From Chiloscyllium plagiosum (Eukaryota): a DNA stretch of 64,000 nt. The notes under the pieces are model-generated. The model was not told the DNA's origin and did not search any database. It was given only the letters and a program-made list of their open reading frames with translations. Positions 8,300 through 21,830 of the stretch are shown here, one piece after another. Position 1 is the stretch's first letter. The number at the start of each line of letters is the position of its first letter. A program made the position numbers and the translations under genes. The stretch spans positions 94,213,728 to 94,277,727 of the forward strand of contig NC_057710.1 in the NCBI RefSeq assembly GCF_004010195.1, written 5' to 3'.

Positions 8300-11200
8300 T
8301 TCTCTGACAGAAATTATTTGGGTGTAACTGAGAAATAAGAAAGGGACGATCACCTTATTGGGATTGTAATATAAACCCCCTAATAGTGGGCAGGAAATAG
8401 AGAAACAAATTTGTGAGGAGATTTCAGTTATCTGTAAGAATAATAGGGTGGTTATGGGAGGGGCTTTTAAATTTCCAAACATAGAGTGGAACTCCCATAG
8501 TATTTAGATAGAGAGAAATTTGTCAAACGTGCACAAGAAAACTTGCTGATTCAGTATGTGGATGTACCTGTTTAGGAAGAGCAGTAAGGACAAGCCAGGG
8601 AACTATAGACCAGTGAGCCTGACCTCAGTGGTGGGCAAGTTGTTAGAGGTAATCCTGAGGGACAGGATGTACATGTATTTAGAAAGGCAAGGACTGATTA
8701 GGGATAGTCAACATGGCTTTATGCGTGGGAAATCATGTCTCACAAACTTGATTGAGTTTTTTGAAGAAGAAACAAAGAGGACTGATGAGGGCAGAGCAGT
8801 AGATGTCATCTATATGGACTTCAGTAAGGCGTTCGACAAAGTTCCCCATGGGAGACTGATTAGCAAGTTAGATCTCATGTAATATGGGGAGAACTAGCCA
8901 TTTGGATACAGAACTGGCTCAAAGGTAGAAGACAGAGGGTGGTGGTGGAGGGTTGTTTTTCAGACTGGAGGCCTGTGACCAGTGGAGTGCCAAAAGGATT
9001 GGTGCTGGGTCCTCTACATTTTGTCATTTACATAAATAATTTGGATGCGAGCATAAGAGGTATAGTTAGTAAGTTTGCAGATTACACCAAAATTGGAGGT
9101 GTAGTGGACAGCGAAGAGGGTTACCTCAGATTACAACAGGATCTTGATCAGATGGGCCAATGGGCTGAGAAGTGGCAGATGGAGTTTAATTCAGATAAAT
9201 GCGAGGTGCTGCATTTTGGGAAAGCAAATCTTAGCAGGACTTATACACTTAATGGTAAGGTCCTAGGGAGTGTTGCTGAACAAAAAGACCTTGGAGTGCA
9301 GGTTCATAGCTCCTTGAAAGTGGAGTCGCAGGTAGATAGGATAGTGAAAATGCGTTTGGCATGTTTTCCTTTATTGGTCAGAATATTGAGTACAGGAGTT
9401 GGGAGTTCATGTTGCGGCTGTCCAGGACATTGGTTAGACTACTGTTGGAATATTGCGTGCAATTCTGGTTTCCTTCCTATCGGAAAGATGTTGTGAAACT
9501 TTAAAGGGTTCAAAAAAGATTTACAAGGATGTTGCAAGGGTTGGAGGATTTGAGCTATAGGGAGAGGCTATACTGGCTGGGGCTGTTTTCTCTGGAGTGT
9601 CGGAGCTTGAGGGGTGACCTTATAGAGGTTTACAAAATTATGAGGGACATGGATAGGGTAAATGGGCAAAGTCTTTTCCCTGGGTTCGGGGAGTCCAGAC
9701 CTAGAGGGCATAGGTTTAGGGTGAGAGGGGAAAGATATAAAAGAGACCTAAAAGGCAATCTTTTCACACAGAGGATGGTACGTGTATGGAATGAGCTGCC
9801 AGAGGAAGTGGTGGAGGCTGGTACAATTGCAATATTTAAGAGGCATTTGGATGGGTATATGAATAGGAACGGTATGGAGGGATATGGGCCAGGTGCTGCC
9901 AGGTGGGACTAGATTGTGTTGGGATATCTGGTCGGCATGGAAGGGTCTGTTTCGATGCTGTACATCTCTATGACTCTACCTACTAGACAAGGTGCAAAAC
10001 CTGACCTACTCTTGGGAAATAAGGCAGGGCAGGTGACTGAGGTGTCACTGGAGGAACACTTTGGGGCCACTGACCGTAATTCTATTAGTTTTAAAACAGT
10101 AACAGAAAAGGATAAACGGATCGAAAAGTTGAAGTTCTAAATTGGAGGAAGGCTAGTTTTGACGGTATTAGACAAGAACTTTCAAAAGCTGATTATGTGC
10201 TGATATTCGCAGGTAAAGGGATGGCTGGAAAAGGGGAAACCTTTAAAAATGAGATAATGAGAATCCAGAGACAGTATATTCGTGTTAAGGTGAAAGGAAA
10301 GGCTGGTAGGTGTATGGAGTGCTGGATAATTAGAGAAATTGAGGTTTTGGTTAAGAAAACAAAGGAAGCATATGACGGGTATAGACAGGAGAGATTGAGT
10401 GAATCCTTAGAAGAGCATACACGCAGTGGGAGTACACTTAAGAGGGAAATCAGGAGGGCAAAAAGGGGACATGACATAGCTTTGGCAAATAGGGTTAAGG
10501 AGAATCCAAAGGGATTCTATAAATACATTAAGGACAAAAGGGTAACTCGGGAGAGAATAGTGCCCCTCAAAAATCAGCAAGGCAGCCTACGTGTGGAGCT
10601 GCAGGAGATGGGGCAGATACTAAACAAGTATTTTGCATCAGTGTTTACTGTGGAGAAGGACATGGAAGGTATAGAATGTGGGAAAATAGATGGTGACATC
10701 TTGAAAAATGTCCATATTACAGAGGAAGAGGTGCTGGATGTCTTGAAATGTATAAAAGTGGATAAATCCCCAGATCTGATCAGGTGCACCCTAGAACTCT
10801 GTGGGAGGCAAGGGAAGTGATTGCTGGGCCCCTTGCTGAAATACTTGTATCAGCGATAGTCACAGTTGAGGTGCCGGAAGACTGGAGGTTGGCTAACATG
10901 TTGCCACTATTTAAGAAGGGTGGTAAGGACAAGCCAGTGAACTATAAACCAGCGAGCCTGACGTCGGTGGGGAGCAAGTTGTTGGAGGGAATCCTGAGGG
11001 ACAGGATGTACATGTATTTGGAAAGGCAAGGACTGATTAGGGATAGTCAGCATGACGTTGTGTATAGGAAATCATGTCTCACCAACTTGGTTCAGTTTTT
11101 TGAAGAAGTAATAAAGAGGATTAATGAGGGCAGAGCAATAGACGTGATCTATTTGGATTTCAGTAAGGTATTCAACAAGGTTCCTCGTGGGAGATTGGTT

Positions 11201-12325
11201 AGCAAGATTAGATCTTATGGAATACTAGGAGAACTAGCCATTTGGATAGAGAACAGGCTCAAAGGTAGAAGACAGAAGATGGTGATGGAGGGTTGCTTTT
11301 CAGATTGGAGGCCTGTGACCAGTGGTGTACCACAAGGATTAGTGCTGGGTCCACTGCTTTTCATCATTTATATAAATGATTTGGATGGAACATAGGAGGT
11401 ATAATTAGTCAGTTTGCAGATTACATCAAAATTGGAGGTGTAGTGGACAGCGAGGAGGGTTACCTCAGATTACAACAGGATCTTGATCAGATGGGCCAAT
11501 GGGCTGAGAGGTGGCAGATGGAGTTTAATTCAGATAAATGCGAGGTGCTGCATTTTGGGAAAGCAAATCTTAGCAGGATATAGAAAGTATAATCTTACCA
11601 TTATACACTTAATGGTAAGGTCCTAGGGAGTGTTGCTGAACAAAGAGACCTTGGAGTGCAGGTTCACAGCTCCTTGAAAGTGGAATCACAGGTAGATAGG
11701 ATAATGAAGATGATGTTTGGTATGTTTTCCTTTACTGGTCAGAGTATTGAGTACAGGAGTTGGGGCTGTACAGAACAATGGTTAGGCTACTTTTGGAATA
11801 TTGCATGCAATTCTGGTCTCCTTCCTATCGGAAGGATGTTGTGAAACTTGAAAAGGTTCAGAAAAGCTTTACAAGAATGTTACCAGGGTTGGAAGATTTG
11901 AGCTATAGGGAGAGGTTGAATAGGCTGGGGTTGTTTTCCCTGGAGCGTTGGTGGCTGAGGGGTAACCTTATCGAGGTTCCTAAATCATGAGGTGCATGGT
12001 TAGGATAAATCGACAAGGTCTTGTCATGGAGTGGGCGAGTCCAGAACTAATGGGCATAGGTTTAGGGTGAGATGGGAAAGATATCAAAGGATCTAAGGGG
12101 CAATGTTTTCACACAGAGAGTGGTGCATGTATGGAATGAGCTGCCAGAAGAAGTGGTGGAGGCTGGTTGTATTACAGCATTTAAAAGGCATCCGGATATG
12201 AATAGGAAGGGTTTAGAGGGATATGAGCCAAGTGCTGGCAAATGAGACAAGATTAGGTTGCGATATCTGGTCGGCATGGACGAGTTGGACCAAAGCGTCT
12301 GTTTCCATAGTGTACATCTCTATGA
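8300..12325 (+). mobile_element. CR1 LINE ORF2 (endonuclease + RT), degenerate, split by a nested CR1 at 8570-9976
   Basis: Endonuclease motifs (VMGGAFKFPNI, QYVDVP|TRQGAKPDLLLGN), RT motifs ([24 protein letters not shown]), and a tctatga tail near 12320. Confidence 0.88.
8570..9976 (+). mobile_element. 5'-truncated CR1 (RT + 3' UTR) nested in another CR1
   Basis: PGNYRPVSLTS, DFSKAFDKV and KFADYTK motifs, tail ctctatgactc. Flanked by tacct at 8565-8569 and 9977-9981. Confidence 0.88.
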
Positions 12326-15275
12326 TGGGGGATGGGAAGCAAAATTGTAGTTCGAATATAGAAAAAGTTGAGAGTAGGGAGGTCCAAAATCAAGTTTCAG
12401 GGACACAAGATGGCACCAGCAAGCAAAACGTTGGTTTGAAGTGTGTCTACTTCAATGCCAAGAGCATCCGGAATAAGGTGGGTGAACTTGCAGCATGGGT
12501 TGGTACCTGGGACTTCGATGTTGTGGCCATTTCGGAGACATGGTTAGACCAGAGACAGGAATGGTTGTTGCAGGTTCCAGGATTTAGATGTTTCAGTAAG
12601 AACAGAGAAGATGGTAAAAGAGGGGGAGGTGTGGCATTGTTGGTCAAGGACAGTAGTACAGTTGCAGAAAGGATGTTTGGGGACTCGTCAACTGAGGTAG
12701 TATGGGCTGAGGTTAGAAACAGGAAAGGAGAGGTCACCCTGTTGGGAGTTTTCTATAGGCCTCTGAATAGTTCCAGAGATGTAGAGGAAAGGATAGCAAA
12801 GATGATTCTCAATAGGAGTGAGAGAGACAGGGTAGTTGTCATGGGGGACTTCAATTTTCCAAATATTGACTGGGAACACTATAGTACGAGTACTATAGAT
12901 GGGTCAGTTTTTGTCCAGTGTGTGCAGGAGGGCTTCCTGACACAGTATGTAGACAGGCCAATGAGGGGGTGAGGTCACATTAGATTTGGTACTGGGTAAT
13001 GAGCCCGGCCAGGTGTTAGACTTGGAAGTAGGTGAGCACTTTGGTGATAGCGATCACAATTCTGTTATGTTTACTTTAGTGATAGAAAGGGATATGTGTA
13101 TATCACTGGGCAAGAGTTACAGCTGGGGGAAAGGCAATTACGATGCGATTGGGCAAGATTTAGGAAGCATAGGATGGAGAAGGAAACTGCAGGGGATAGG
13201 CACATTAGAAATATGGAGCTTATTCAAGGAAAAGCTCCTGTGTGTCCTAGATAAGTATGTACCTGTCAGGCAGGGAGGAAGCTGTAGAGCGCGGGAGCCA
13301 TGGTTTATGAAGTAAGTGGAATCTCTGGTCAAGAGGAAGAAGAAGGCTTATGTTAGGATGAGATGTGAAGGCTCAGTTAAGGCACTTGAGGGTTACAAGG
13401 TAGCCAGGAAAAACATAAAGAGAGAGCTCAGAAGAGCCAGGAGGGGACATGAGAAGTTGTTGGCGGATAGGATCAGGGTAAACCCTAAGGCTTTCTATAG
13501 GCATTTAAGCAATAAAAGAATGACAAGAGTAAGATTAGGGCCAATCAAGGATAGTAGTGGGAAGTTGTGTATGGAGTCAGAGGAGATGGGGAAGCACTAA
13601 ATGAATACTTTTCAACAGTATTCACTCTAGAAAACAACAATGTTGTTGAGGAGAATACTGAGATATAGGCTACTAGACTAGGTGGGATTGAGGTTCACAA
13701 GGAGGAGGTATTAGAAATCCTGCAGCGTGTGAAAATAGATAAGTGCCCTGGACCGGATGGGATTTATCCTTGGATCCTCTGGGAAGCCAGGAAGGAGATT
13801 GCCAAACCTTTGACATTGAACTTTAAATCGTCATTGTCTACAGGAATAGTGCCAGAAGACTGGAGGATAGCAAATGTGGTTGCCCTGTTCAAGAAGGGGA
13901 GTAGAGACAACCCTGGTAATTATAGACCAGTGAGCCTTACTTCAGTTGTTGGTAAAGTTTGGAAAAGGTTATAAGAGATAGGATTTATAATCATCTAGAA
14001 AATAATAATTTGATTAGGGATAGTCAGCACGGTTTTGTGAAGGATAGGTCGTGCCTCACAAACCTTATTGAGTTCTTTGAGAAGGTGACCAAACAGTTAG
14101 ATGAGAGTAAACCGGTTGATGTGGCGTATATGTATTTCAGCAAGGTGTTCAATAAGGTTCCCCACAGTAGGCTATTGTACAAAATGCGGAGGATTGGGAT
14201 TGTGGGAGATATAGCAGTTTGATCGGTAATTGGCTTGCTGAAAGAAGAGGGTGGTGGTTGATGGGAAATGTTCATGCTGGAGTCCAGTTATCAATGGTGT
14301 GCCGCAAGGTTCGGTGTTGGGTCCACTGCTGTTCGTCATTTTTATAAACGACCTGGATGAGGGTGTAGAGGGTGGGTTAGTAAATTTGCAGACGACACTA
14401 AGGTCGGTGGAGTTGTGGATAGTGACGATAGGTTACAGAGAGACATAGATAAGAAGCAGAGCTGGACTGAGAGGTGGCAAATGGAGTTTAATGTGGACAA
14501 GTGTGAGGTGATTCACTTTGGTCGGAGTAATCGGAATACAAAGTACTGGGCTAATGGTAAGATTCTTGGTAGTGTAGATGAGCAGAGAGATCTCAGTGTC
14601 CATGTACACAGATCCTTGAAAGTTGCCACCCAGGTTGACAGGGTTGTTAAGAAGGCATACAGTGTTTTAGCTTTTATTAATAGAGGGATTGAGTTCCAGA
14701 ACCATGAGGTTATGCTGCAGCTGTACAAAACTCTAGTACGGCCGCACTTGGAGTATTGTGTATAGTTCTGGTCACTGCATTATAAGAAGGATGTGGAAGC
14801 TTTGGAAAGTGTGCAGAGGAGATTTCCTGGGATGTTGCCTGGTATGGAGTGAAGGTCTTACGAGGAAAGGCTGAGGGACTTGAGGTTGTTTTCGTTAGAG
14901 AGAAGAAGGTTGAGAGGTGACTTAATAGTGACATATAAGATAATCAGAGGGTTAGATAGGGTGGACAGGGAGAGCCTTTTTCCAAGAATGGTGACGGCGA
15001 GCACGAGGGGGCATAGCTTTAAATTGAGGGGTGATAGATATAGGACAGATGTCAGAGGTAGTTTCTTTACTCAGAGAGTAGTAAGGGTATGGAATGCTAT
15101 GCCTGCAACGGTAGTAGATTCGCCAACTTAAGTACATTTAAGTTGTCATGGAAGCATATGGACGTACATGGAATAGTGTAGGTTAGATGGGCTTCAGATT
15201 GGTATGACAGGTCGGTGCAACATCAAGGGCCGAAGGGTCTGTACTGCGCTGTAATGTTCTATGTTCTATGACTCT
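12326..15275 (+). mobile_element. CR1 LINE, second subfamily, near-complete but disrupted ORF2
   Basis: NAKSIRNK, ISETWL, RGGGVA, GDFNFP and SDHN (APE); RT motifs; (ttctatg)n tail at 15256-15275. Confidence 0.9.
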
Positions 15276-16539
15276 AAATCTCACCAAATAAGTGCAGAGA
15301 ATCCAACACAGTGGGAATATTACGGGAAACAGTTTCCTGAATGAAATATAAAATAAAAAGCAATCTTGGCAGGACTTGCTGTTGATGTGTTGTGTGCCAG
15401 CTGGAAGTATCTCAGTTACTCAGAGAGGATCAAGAAACTTGATCTATTTATTTTAGAGTCGTATAAATGTCGAAGTGATTGCACAACATAATTGAAAACT
15501 ATCCAGCATGCTTAGAGATGGACTATTCCAGGTGAAAGAAATTGCAGAAGTCAGAAAACATAAATTTAAACAATAAAAGCATAGAAACAGACATAATGTT
15601 AGATAGTGCTTCTTGTTGCAGAGAGTAGAAAGCTTCAAGGAACCCTGAATGCTCTGGTGAGATGTCGTTTTGCATGACTTTTAGGGGGTGATGGCCCATT
15701 TAATGATTGGAGCAGAGATCACATTGAACAGGTGGTAAATATCATTATAGCTAACATTTGATCTCCTTGATTTCTTGTACTGTTTTTGATTACCTGAGGA
15801 ATTTGAAGAAGATCAGTACAAGAGTATTTTTATCACTTATTGGCCATGAGTTTTTGTTTTTTTTGCCTCTCCCAGGAGATTACATGTTTACAATGGTGGG
15901 GAGTGACTAGGTGGGTGTCATAGTTATGGGAGAGGTTGCAAGGTGAGAAGGAGGCAGTGGTGATGATAGTGGGAAGAAAATTTTAGTCATGACATGGGGC
16001 AGGCTTGACAGACCTAATACCACTTTTCTGCCCATTAATTTTGTAAGTTTATGCCAAAAGTGATGCTTTGGTTCAAGGAATAAATGACTGAAATGGTGCT
16101 TATTCATCTGCCACACAGAAGATTGACTCCCATGGATCTCAATTTCTGTCTATCCCCTGCTGTTTTAACACAAAAAATAGCGAGAGATACCTAACAATTG
16201 AACACTCACATGGAGAAAACTAACGATCATAAGCACTCCTCACACATGATCCATCAACATTTATCACCCTGGCATTAAAAGGCTGCAGCCACTTCCATTG
16301 CTTTTAAGGCTACATTGCTTTAAGAACTGCCTATGTTAATAAAGACCAGGATGAAACTATATAATCAATTGCCATGTGCAATTCAGCAGAAGTAATCTCG
16401 AGTCCAGATGCATATACTTATCTGTAACTGTCACATGTAGTCTGAGCTGTTGACTCCACCTTTATAAAATTTTCAAGTGAACTGAATCCATGTTACTTAT
16501 TTAATCTGTGTTACTCATCAATAACACAAGGAATAAACC

Positions 16540-18420
16540 ATGGTGTTCAGCAATGTATTTGCTTAAAAGCAAGTGAGTGAACCAAGCTTAAAACCAACAA
16601 AGGAATGCCTCAGACAAAACTTGAAGCTGTAACTATACAGCTACACCATGATCCCACTAAAATAGAACTACGAAAGGAACAGTGAGTTTTGAAAAAAAAA
16701 TTAAAAAGCTTGAGTTGCAGCTGAAAACCACACAGGGAAAAATTTAAAAGTGAAAGAAACGCAACGGCTGCATTGCTCAATCTGCACACAGAGTAATCTT
16801 ATTGCAGCAGGACAACTATAAATCACCTACAGATCAATAGCATTTGAACAAGAAAAGAGAATATCGGAAAGATGATTATCAAATTCCCTAACTTGAATGG
16901 GAAAGCCATAGACATCCTATCTAAACATATGTCTTTTTGAAAAAATGATAGAATTATAACCCTTTGTTTAGATTTAGCCATTTAAAATAAGTTGCACAGA
17001 GTAACCATTTTGGACAGTCTGAAGAGGTCAATTCCTGCTATGCTATAGCAAATGCTGCAATAAATAAACCTTTTGTAAAAGTAAGCTTCATAATTTACCA
17101 TATAGAACAGATTTCTTACAGGCAGCATCCACAAGAATTGATTGACCAGTTTGTCAGTGGGTGCCAGGACAAGTATTGTTATTTTTCAGAAGCTGAGCTG
17201 TCTTAGCAAATAATGCAGCTGGCTATGACTTCAATGTCTATCAATGCTTTCCAAACAGTACAGATGGAGAAAAAGAAAAGTCACGGCATTAACACATTTC
17301 TTAAAGATGGCAGAAAACCTGAAGCCATTGTCACTGGACAACAAGATCTGCAAGGCTTAAGTGCAATTACCAGTCTTGGCAAAGTAGCCAGAATTTAGAA
17401 AGCAAGGAATCTGTATAGGAAATGCAATCTGCTGTATGCATTGTGAATCTATTGTGTGTTCCAAGATTTTTGCAAGTGATTTACTGCAAAAGGACACGAG
17501 CTTCACCTATGTCAAGAAATCTGATTCCATGGATACAACCAGATAGTACAACAGAATTCAACCAAACTGAAAGTAACTGTACTACGCTAACAGCTATAAC
17601 ATGGAGGGCACAAGGATCCAGCTAGCACATATATGGTTTAGCAGCAAGACTGACCACGGTGAATATTCAGAATGGAAGAACCTTCAACCAGAAGGTGAAC
17701 AAGCATTCTACATTCTGAATGTGACTCATTGTATGGTTGAAGCCAAGCAATTAGAAGATGTTGCCATTACTAACAACAAACACCCAAATACAAGTGGCAA
17801 ATACATGCTCAAAATTAAAATTGATATAGAAGCCAATGTGAAAATATCACCAGGGAAAAAACCCAAAGGATACATACCGAAAGTTAAGGATACAAATTAC
17901 AACCCCAAAATTAACTGCATATCATAGGATAGCAATCCTTGACAATAAAACACAGGTCCAGCAATTATGCCTGAAACCACATGTATTCTACCTGGTAGAC
18001 CCAAGTGGACCAGCAATAGTAGGATCTCAAGTGTGCATGGATTTCAACACTGTGACTATTCACGAGATTACCAATGTTCCAAATGCAAAGGAAGAGACCA
18101 AAAATACTTGAACTGAGTCAATGCAAGACTTACAACAAATGAACGTAAACAGATTCAACACCAAAGGAAACATCAAAGATGATGCTGCATTGCATCTCAG
18201 AGAAGATGCAATTCTGCCTATTGACCCTTACAGAAGGTGTAATGTTCATTTACAAGAAAAGCTTCAGAGTACACCATAGAGAGAAAGGTGGTCACTCCAG
18301 CTACTTGTGTGTTCTTTGTGCAAATCCAGACACAGCATTCACACACTCGACAGTGTCACACATATAGAAAGCCATATTTATATGGCAGTTGTATGTTCTA
18401 AAGTAGAGTGCCTCATAAAG
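16540..18420 (+). mobile_element. Highly decayed Ty3/Gypsy-like gag-pro-pol remnant
   Basis: QHPQELIDQFVSGCQ (gag-like), KIKIDIEANV (degenerate aspartic protease DTGA), PIDPYRRCNVHLQEKLQ (pre-RT motif). Many stops. Confidence 0.55.
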
Positions 18421-18764
18421 CTTCTCTTTGGCCATTGAGTGATAGCCGAGGTGATTATTTTAAAAATCCGAACAATTGACTTATAAAATATCTATCCTCT
18501 ACCTTGATGAGATGGGAAGAAGTTGTTCAAACCTTCCAATGTGCTATTGTCTCTGTAGTGTTGGGGTCTCCATAAAAGTTGCATGTCCACAGAATGGAAT
18601 TTAAAGCTATTTAAATTAGTGTCCTTGTCGTGTTTCATTCAGTGAAAAGTCTAGTGTAAAACAAACTGAATTGACAATATAATATTTGATAAAGCACATT
18701 GTAATGACATTACTAGAAAAAAAGGATATAGAAATACTGAAACAAAATCAAAATACAGTACAGC

Positions 18765-18920
18765 AGAAATTGGGAATAAAACTGAAAATACTGGAAATAC
18801 TTACCCAGTCTGACAGCATCAGTGGAGAAAAAAACAGGGTAAACATTTCAAGTCAAGAGACTTTCTTGAAATATTAACTGTTTCTTTTTCCTTAGATACT
18901 TGGCAACATTTTCTGTTGTA
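18765..18920. mobile_element. Decayed Penelope-derived short element (family 3)
   Basis: aaaatactggaaatacttacccagtctgacagcatcagtggag... resembles 53712-53846 and has a partial inverted arm. Confidence 0.5.
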
Positions 18921-20059
18921 TTACTGAGGTACTGGGAAGATGCATTAAAAAAAAAGGATGATACCTGAAGTGTGTGTGCATATATATCAAAAAAGAGATT
19001 ACATATTGGGTCACATTTCTCTTGAAAAAGCCTGAGGGTAATCTAATAGGGATCTTTAAAATTACATAATGTTTAGTAGACTGGACACAGAGAAGATGTT
19101 GCCTTGTGAGCAGCGCCTAAATAGTGGCCATTCATAAAAAAAACAGAGAAATTGAAAAAAACTACTTCAGCTAAAAAGCTGTGAATGTGAAACCCAGTGC
19201 CAGTGAGAGTGATTCAAAGAAGTAATTAGGGGGAAGGTGCACAAGTATTTTATGGAAAAGGAAACCGTGTGCTATAAATTGAAAAATCATGATGGTAGAT
19301 GCCAAATTTTGATGACTATACAAGTAAACCAAGTATTCATAATTCAAAGTTATTGACAATTATTAAAATAAAAAAGGAAAATATAACAAAAGGACAGTAC
19401 CATGTGCATATATTTAAGAATACAAGCAATTACAACGCTTTGCAGAATTCAGTTCATTTACAGAATAAAGATGGAAGATCCACTAAACTTTATTTTGTAT
19501 TAAAGTCCATACATCATGTATCATTAGGGTGAGTTAATTAAAATCTCAATAATTTACATTCCATTCATTAGGTTTATAAACTAGAGGATTGGAGTGTCAC
19601 CGGGTCTGACATCTCTATATCTCATCTTTTTTTCGAAGGGCTTTGCATATTTACTTTTGCATGACTGTTGTTAAAAATAGTGACAATGGGATTCAAGAAT
19701 TTTCTAGCAAATTCTAGCAGTGGGTCAATGATCTTGGGGCAGAAGTCCCAGAGATACCCTCCGATCAGCAGCCAGAAGCTCTTTCACTCAGCAGTGTCAT
19801 CATTAGGGTGGTGCCTGCTGCAGGAAAGACACCCTACTTCAAGCCTGGCTTTTTGTTGGATCTCTGGACTCCAATGTGACGATAGGAAGTGGTCTGTTAA
19901 CTGGGAGCAGGACACAGGGAATGGGGGCTTAGAGTTTATCAGCAATGGTAGGTGACAACTTGCAGTAAATTTCTTTACAGATGTCAAATCCCTCAATGAA
20001 TAAATTGTGAGAAGAGAATGTTCAATGAGTCCTGGGTGTCTTTGGGCAGGTAGTGACAT

Positions 20060-20680
20060 TGAAGAAGGTAAACTCTATGTTGGACTTGATAGCAAGAGGA
20101 ATCAAGTAAGGAGGAAAGATGTCTTGCCACAATTATATAAGATATTGGTGAGGTCAGACCTGGAATATTGTGTCTGTTTTGGTCTCCTCATCTGAGGAAG
20201 AGTGTTCTTTCTATAGAGGGAGTGTAGCAGATTCTGGGATGGCAGGATTGGTATATGATGGTTAGGATTGTATTCACTGGAGTTTAAAAGACTGAGCAGG
20301 ATTTCAGAGAAATCTATAAAATTCTAACAGGACTGGACAGGTTAGATGCATGAAGAATGTTCCTGATTGAGTCCAGAAGCAGGGGTCATAGTTTAAGGAT
20401 AGGGGGTAAACCTTTTATAACTGAAATGAGAAAAAATTTCTTCAACTACAGAGTGGTGAACTTGTGAAATTCACTATCACAGAAAGTGGCTGAGGGTAAA
20501 ACGTTATAGATTTTCAAGATATAGATATAGGTAGATATAGTTCTTGTAGCTAAAGGGATTGAGGAATCAAGGGATATGTGGAGGGCGCGATTAGTAGATG
20601 ATATAACCATGATATTTTTGAATGATAGAGCAGGTTTGAGGTGTTGAATGGGCTCCTTCTGTTCCTATCTTCTATGCTTC
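20060..20680 (+). mobile_element. Old CR1 3' fragment
   Basis: LPQLYKILVRSDLEYCV motif and a CR1-type 3' UTR ending in tctatg. Confidence 0.75.
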
Positions 20681-21159
20681 TATGTGACTTGGAACAACTT
20701 GGGAAAGCTATGCCAGACAGCACTGCAGTTGTACCTTCTGGGAGGCACCTCACCATCACCCTCTCAAGAGGAGTTCGGGATGTGCAGCAAATGCTAGTTA
20801 TGGCATGAGTGAGAGAAACTCCCCTCCACAAAAAAAGGTTGATACTAATTCATTATTTTAGCCAAGGCTATAAAGAGATACGGAATTAGAATTTGAATTA
20901 GGAAGCATATCATCCCTGATCTCATTAAATGGGTCGGACAAACTCGGAAGGATATAGGGTTTATTCCTGATCAGATGTGCTTTCCATTTAATCTCTTGCG
21001 GTTTAGTATGTAACTACAGAACCTCATTAAAAATTCCACGGGGATATTTATTTTCAGTAATTAATAATACGACTGTAAGTATTGTATTTCATGCAGTTAA
21101 TATCAAACACACCTTTCAATGAAGCGCTATTGCTCTGTTTGCAAACATTAATTGGAAAT

Positions 21160-21830
21160 TCACACGCTCTCAAATTCGTGCCTAGAGCGAGAAGCTTCCA
21201 ACAGGCGTAGGGTGTCCTGCAGACTCCTCCATTGAGGGCACATCGGGGTGGGAGAGGACAGCCCTGAAAATAATGTCGCACTGTCGAGCTCATTCTCCAT
21301 TGTCCGAATACAATAGTGGGTTTTGCACAGTACGTCCGAGAGGTTGCATTGTCTTTTGAGTGACAGTGACTGCGCCATGGAACGTTGCCCGGGCCGCGCG
21401 CGGAGGTGGAACGCTCCAGCCCCGGGAGTGGGTGTGTGTGTGTGTGTTAGGGGGTGGGGGAGGAGCTGGTGTCGGGGCTGGGCTGGGGCGTTGTGCGGCT
21501 GCGCGTCCTCTGGGACCTGTCAGTCAGAGACCTAGGCGGCGAGCCGGGTTGGTGAAGCAAGCAGCCGCTGTGCTGAGACTGAACCCCCTGCCGTCCTTCA
21601 CTGCACGGAGTTTCAGTTCCGCGTTGCGATGCACTGACTTATTCCGGGAAGATGCCGCCGGTTCGAAAGACAGTGGCAGAGCTCCGCTCTCGAGCGGAAG
21701 GTAAGAGGGACTGTTTGCCCCCAGACCACCCAGCAGAGGGTTTAATCACACCTGTCCATATGTGACCTCCCGGACACCCTTACACTCCGCAGCGTTCAAA
21801 CTTCGCTGCCATTTCTCGTATTGAAATATC
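21160..21830 (+). promoter_or_regulatory. CpG island / promoter and first exon region
   Basis: Only CpG-dense non-repeat segment in the window. Contains GC-box-like G-rich runs and a (GT)n at ~21432-21447. Confidence 0.85.
21652..21700 (+). CDS. ATP8A1: Coding exon 1 of the P4-ATPase phospholipid flippase ATP8A1 (MPPVRKTVAELRSRAE + G, phase 1)
   Basis: ATG in aagATGc context within the CpG island. 49 coding nt are followed by the strong donor AG|GTAAGA at 21701. The peptide closely resembles the recalled human ATP8A1 N-terminus MPTMRRTVSEIRSRAEG. Confidence 0.85.

Noticed and set aside
21360-21704. 114-aa GC-rich ORF in the CpG island
   Set aside because: Low-complexity by-product of high GC. 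The recognisable ATP8A1 frame is a different one starting at 21652.
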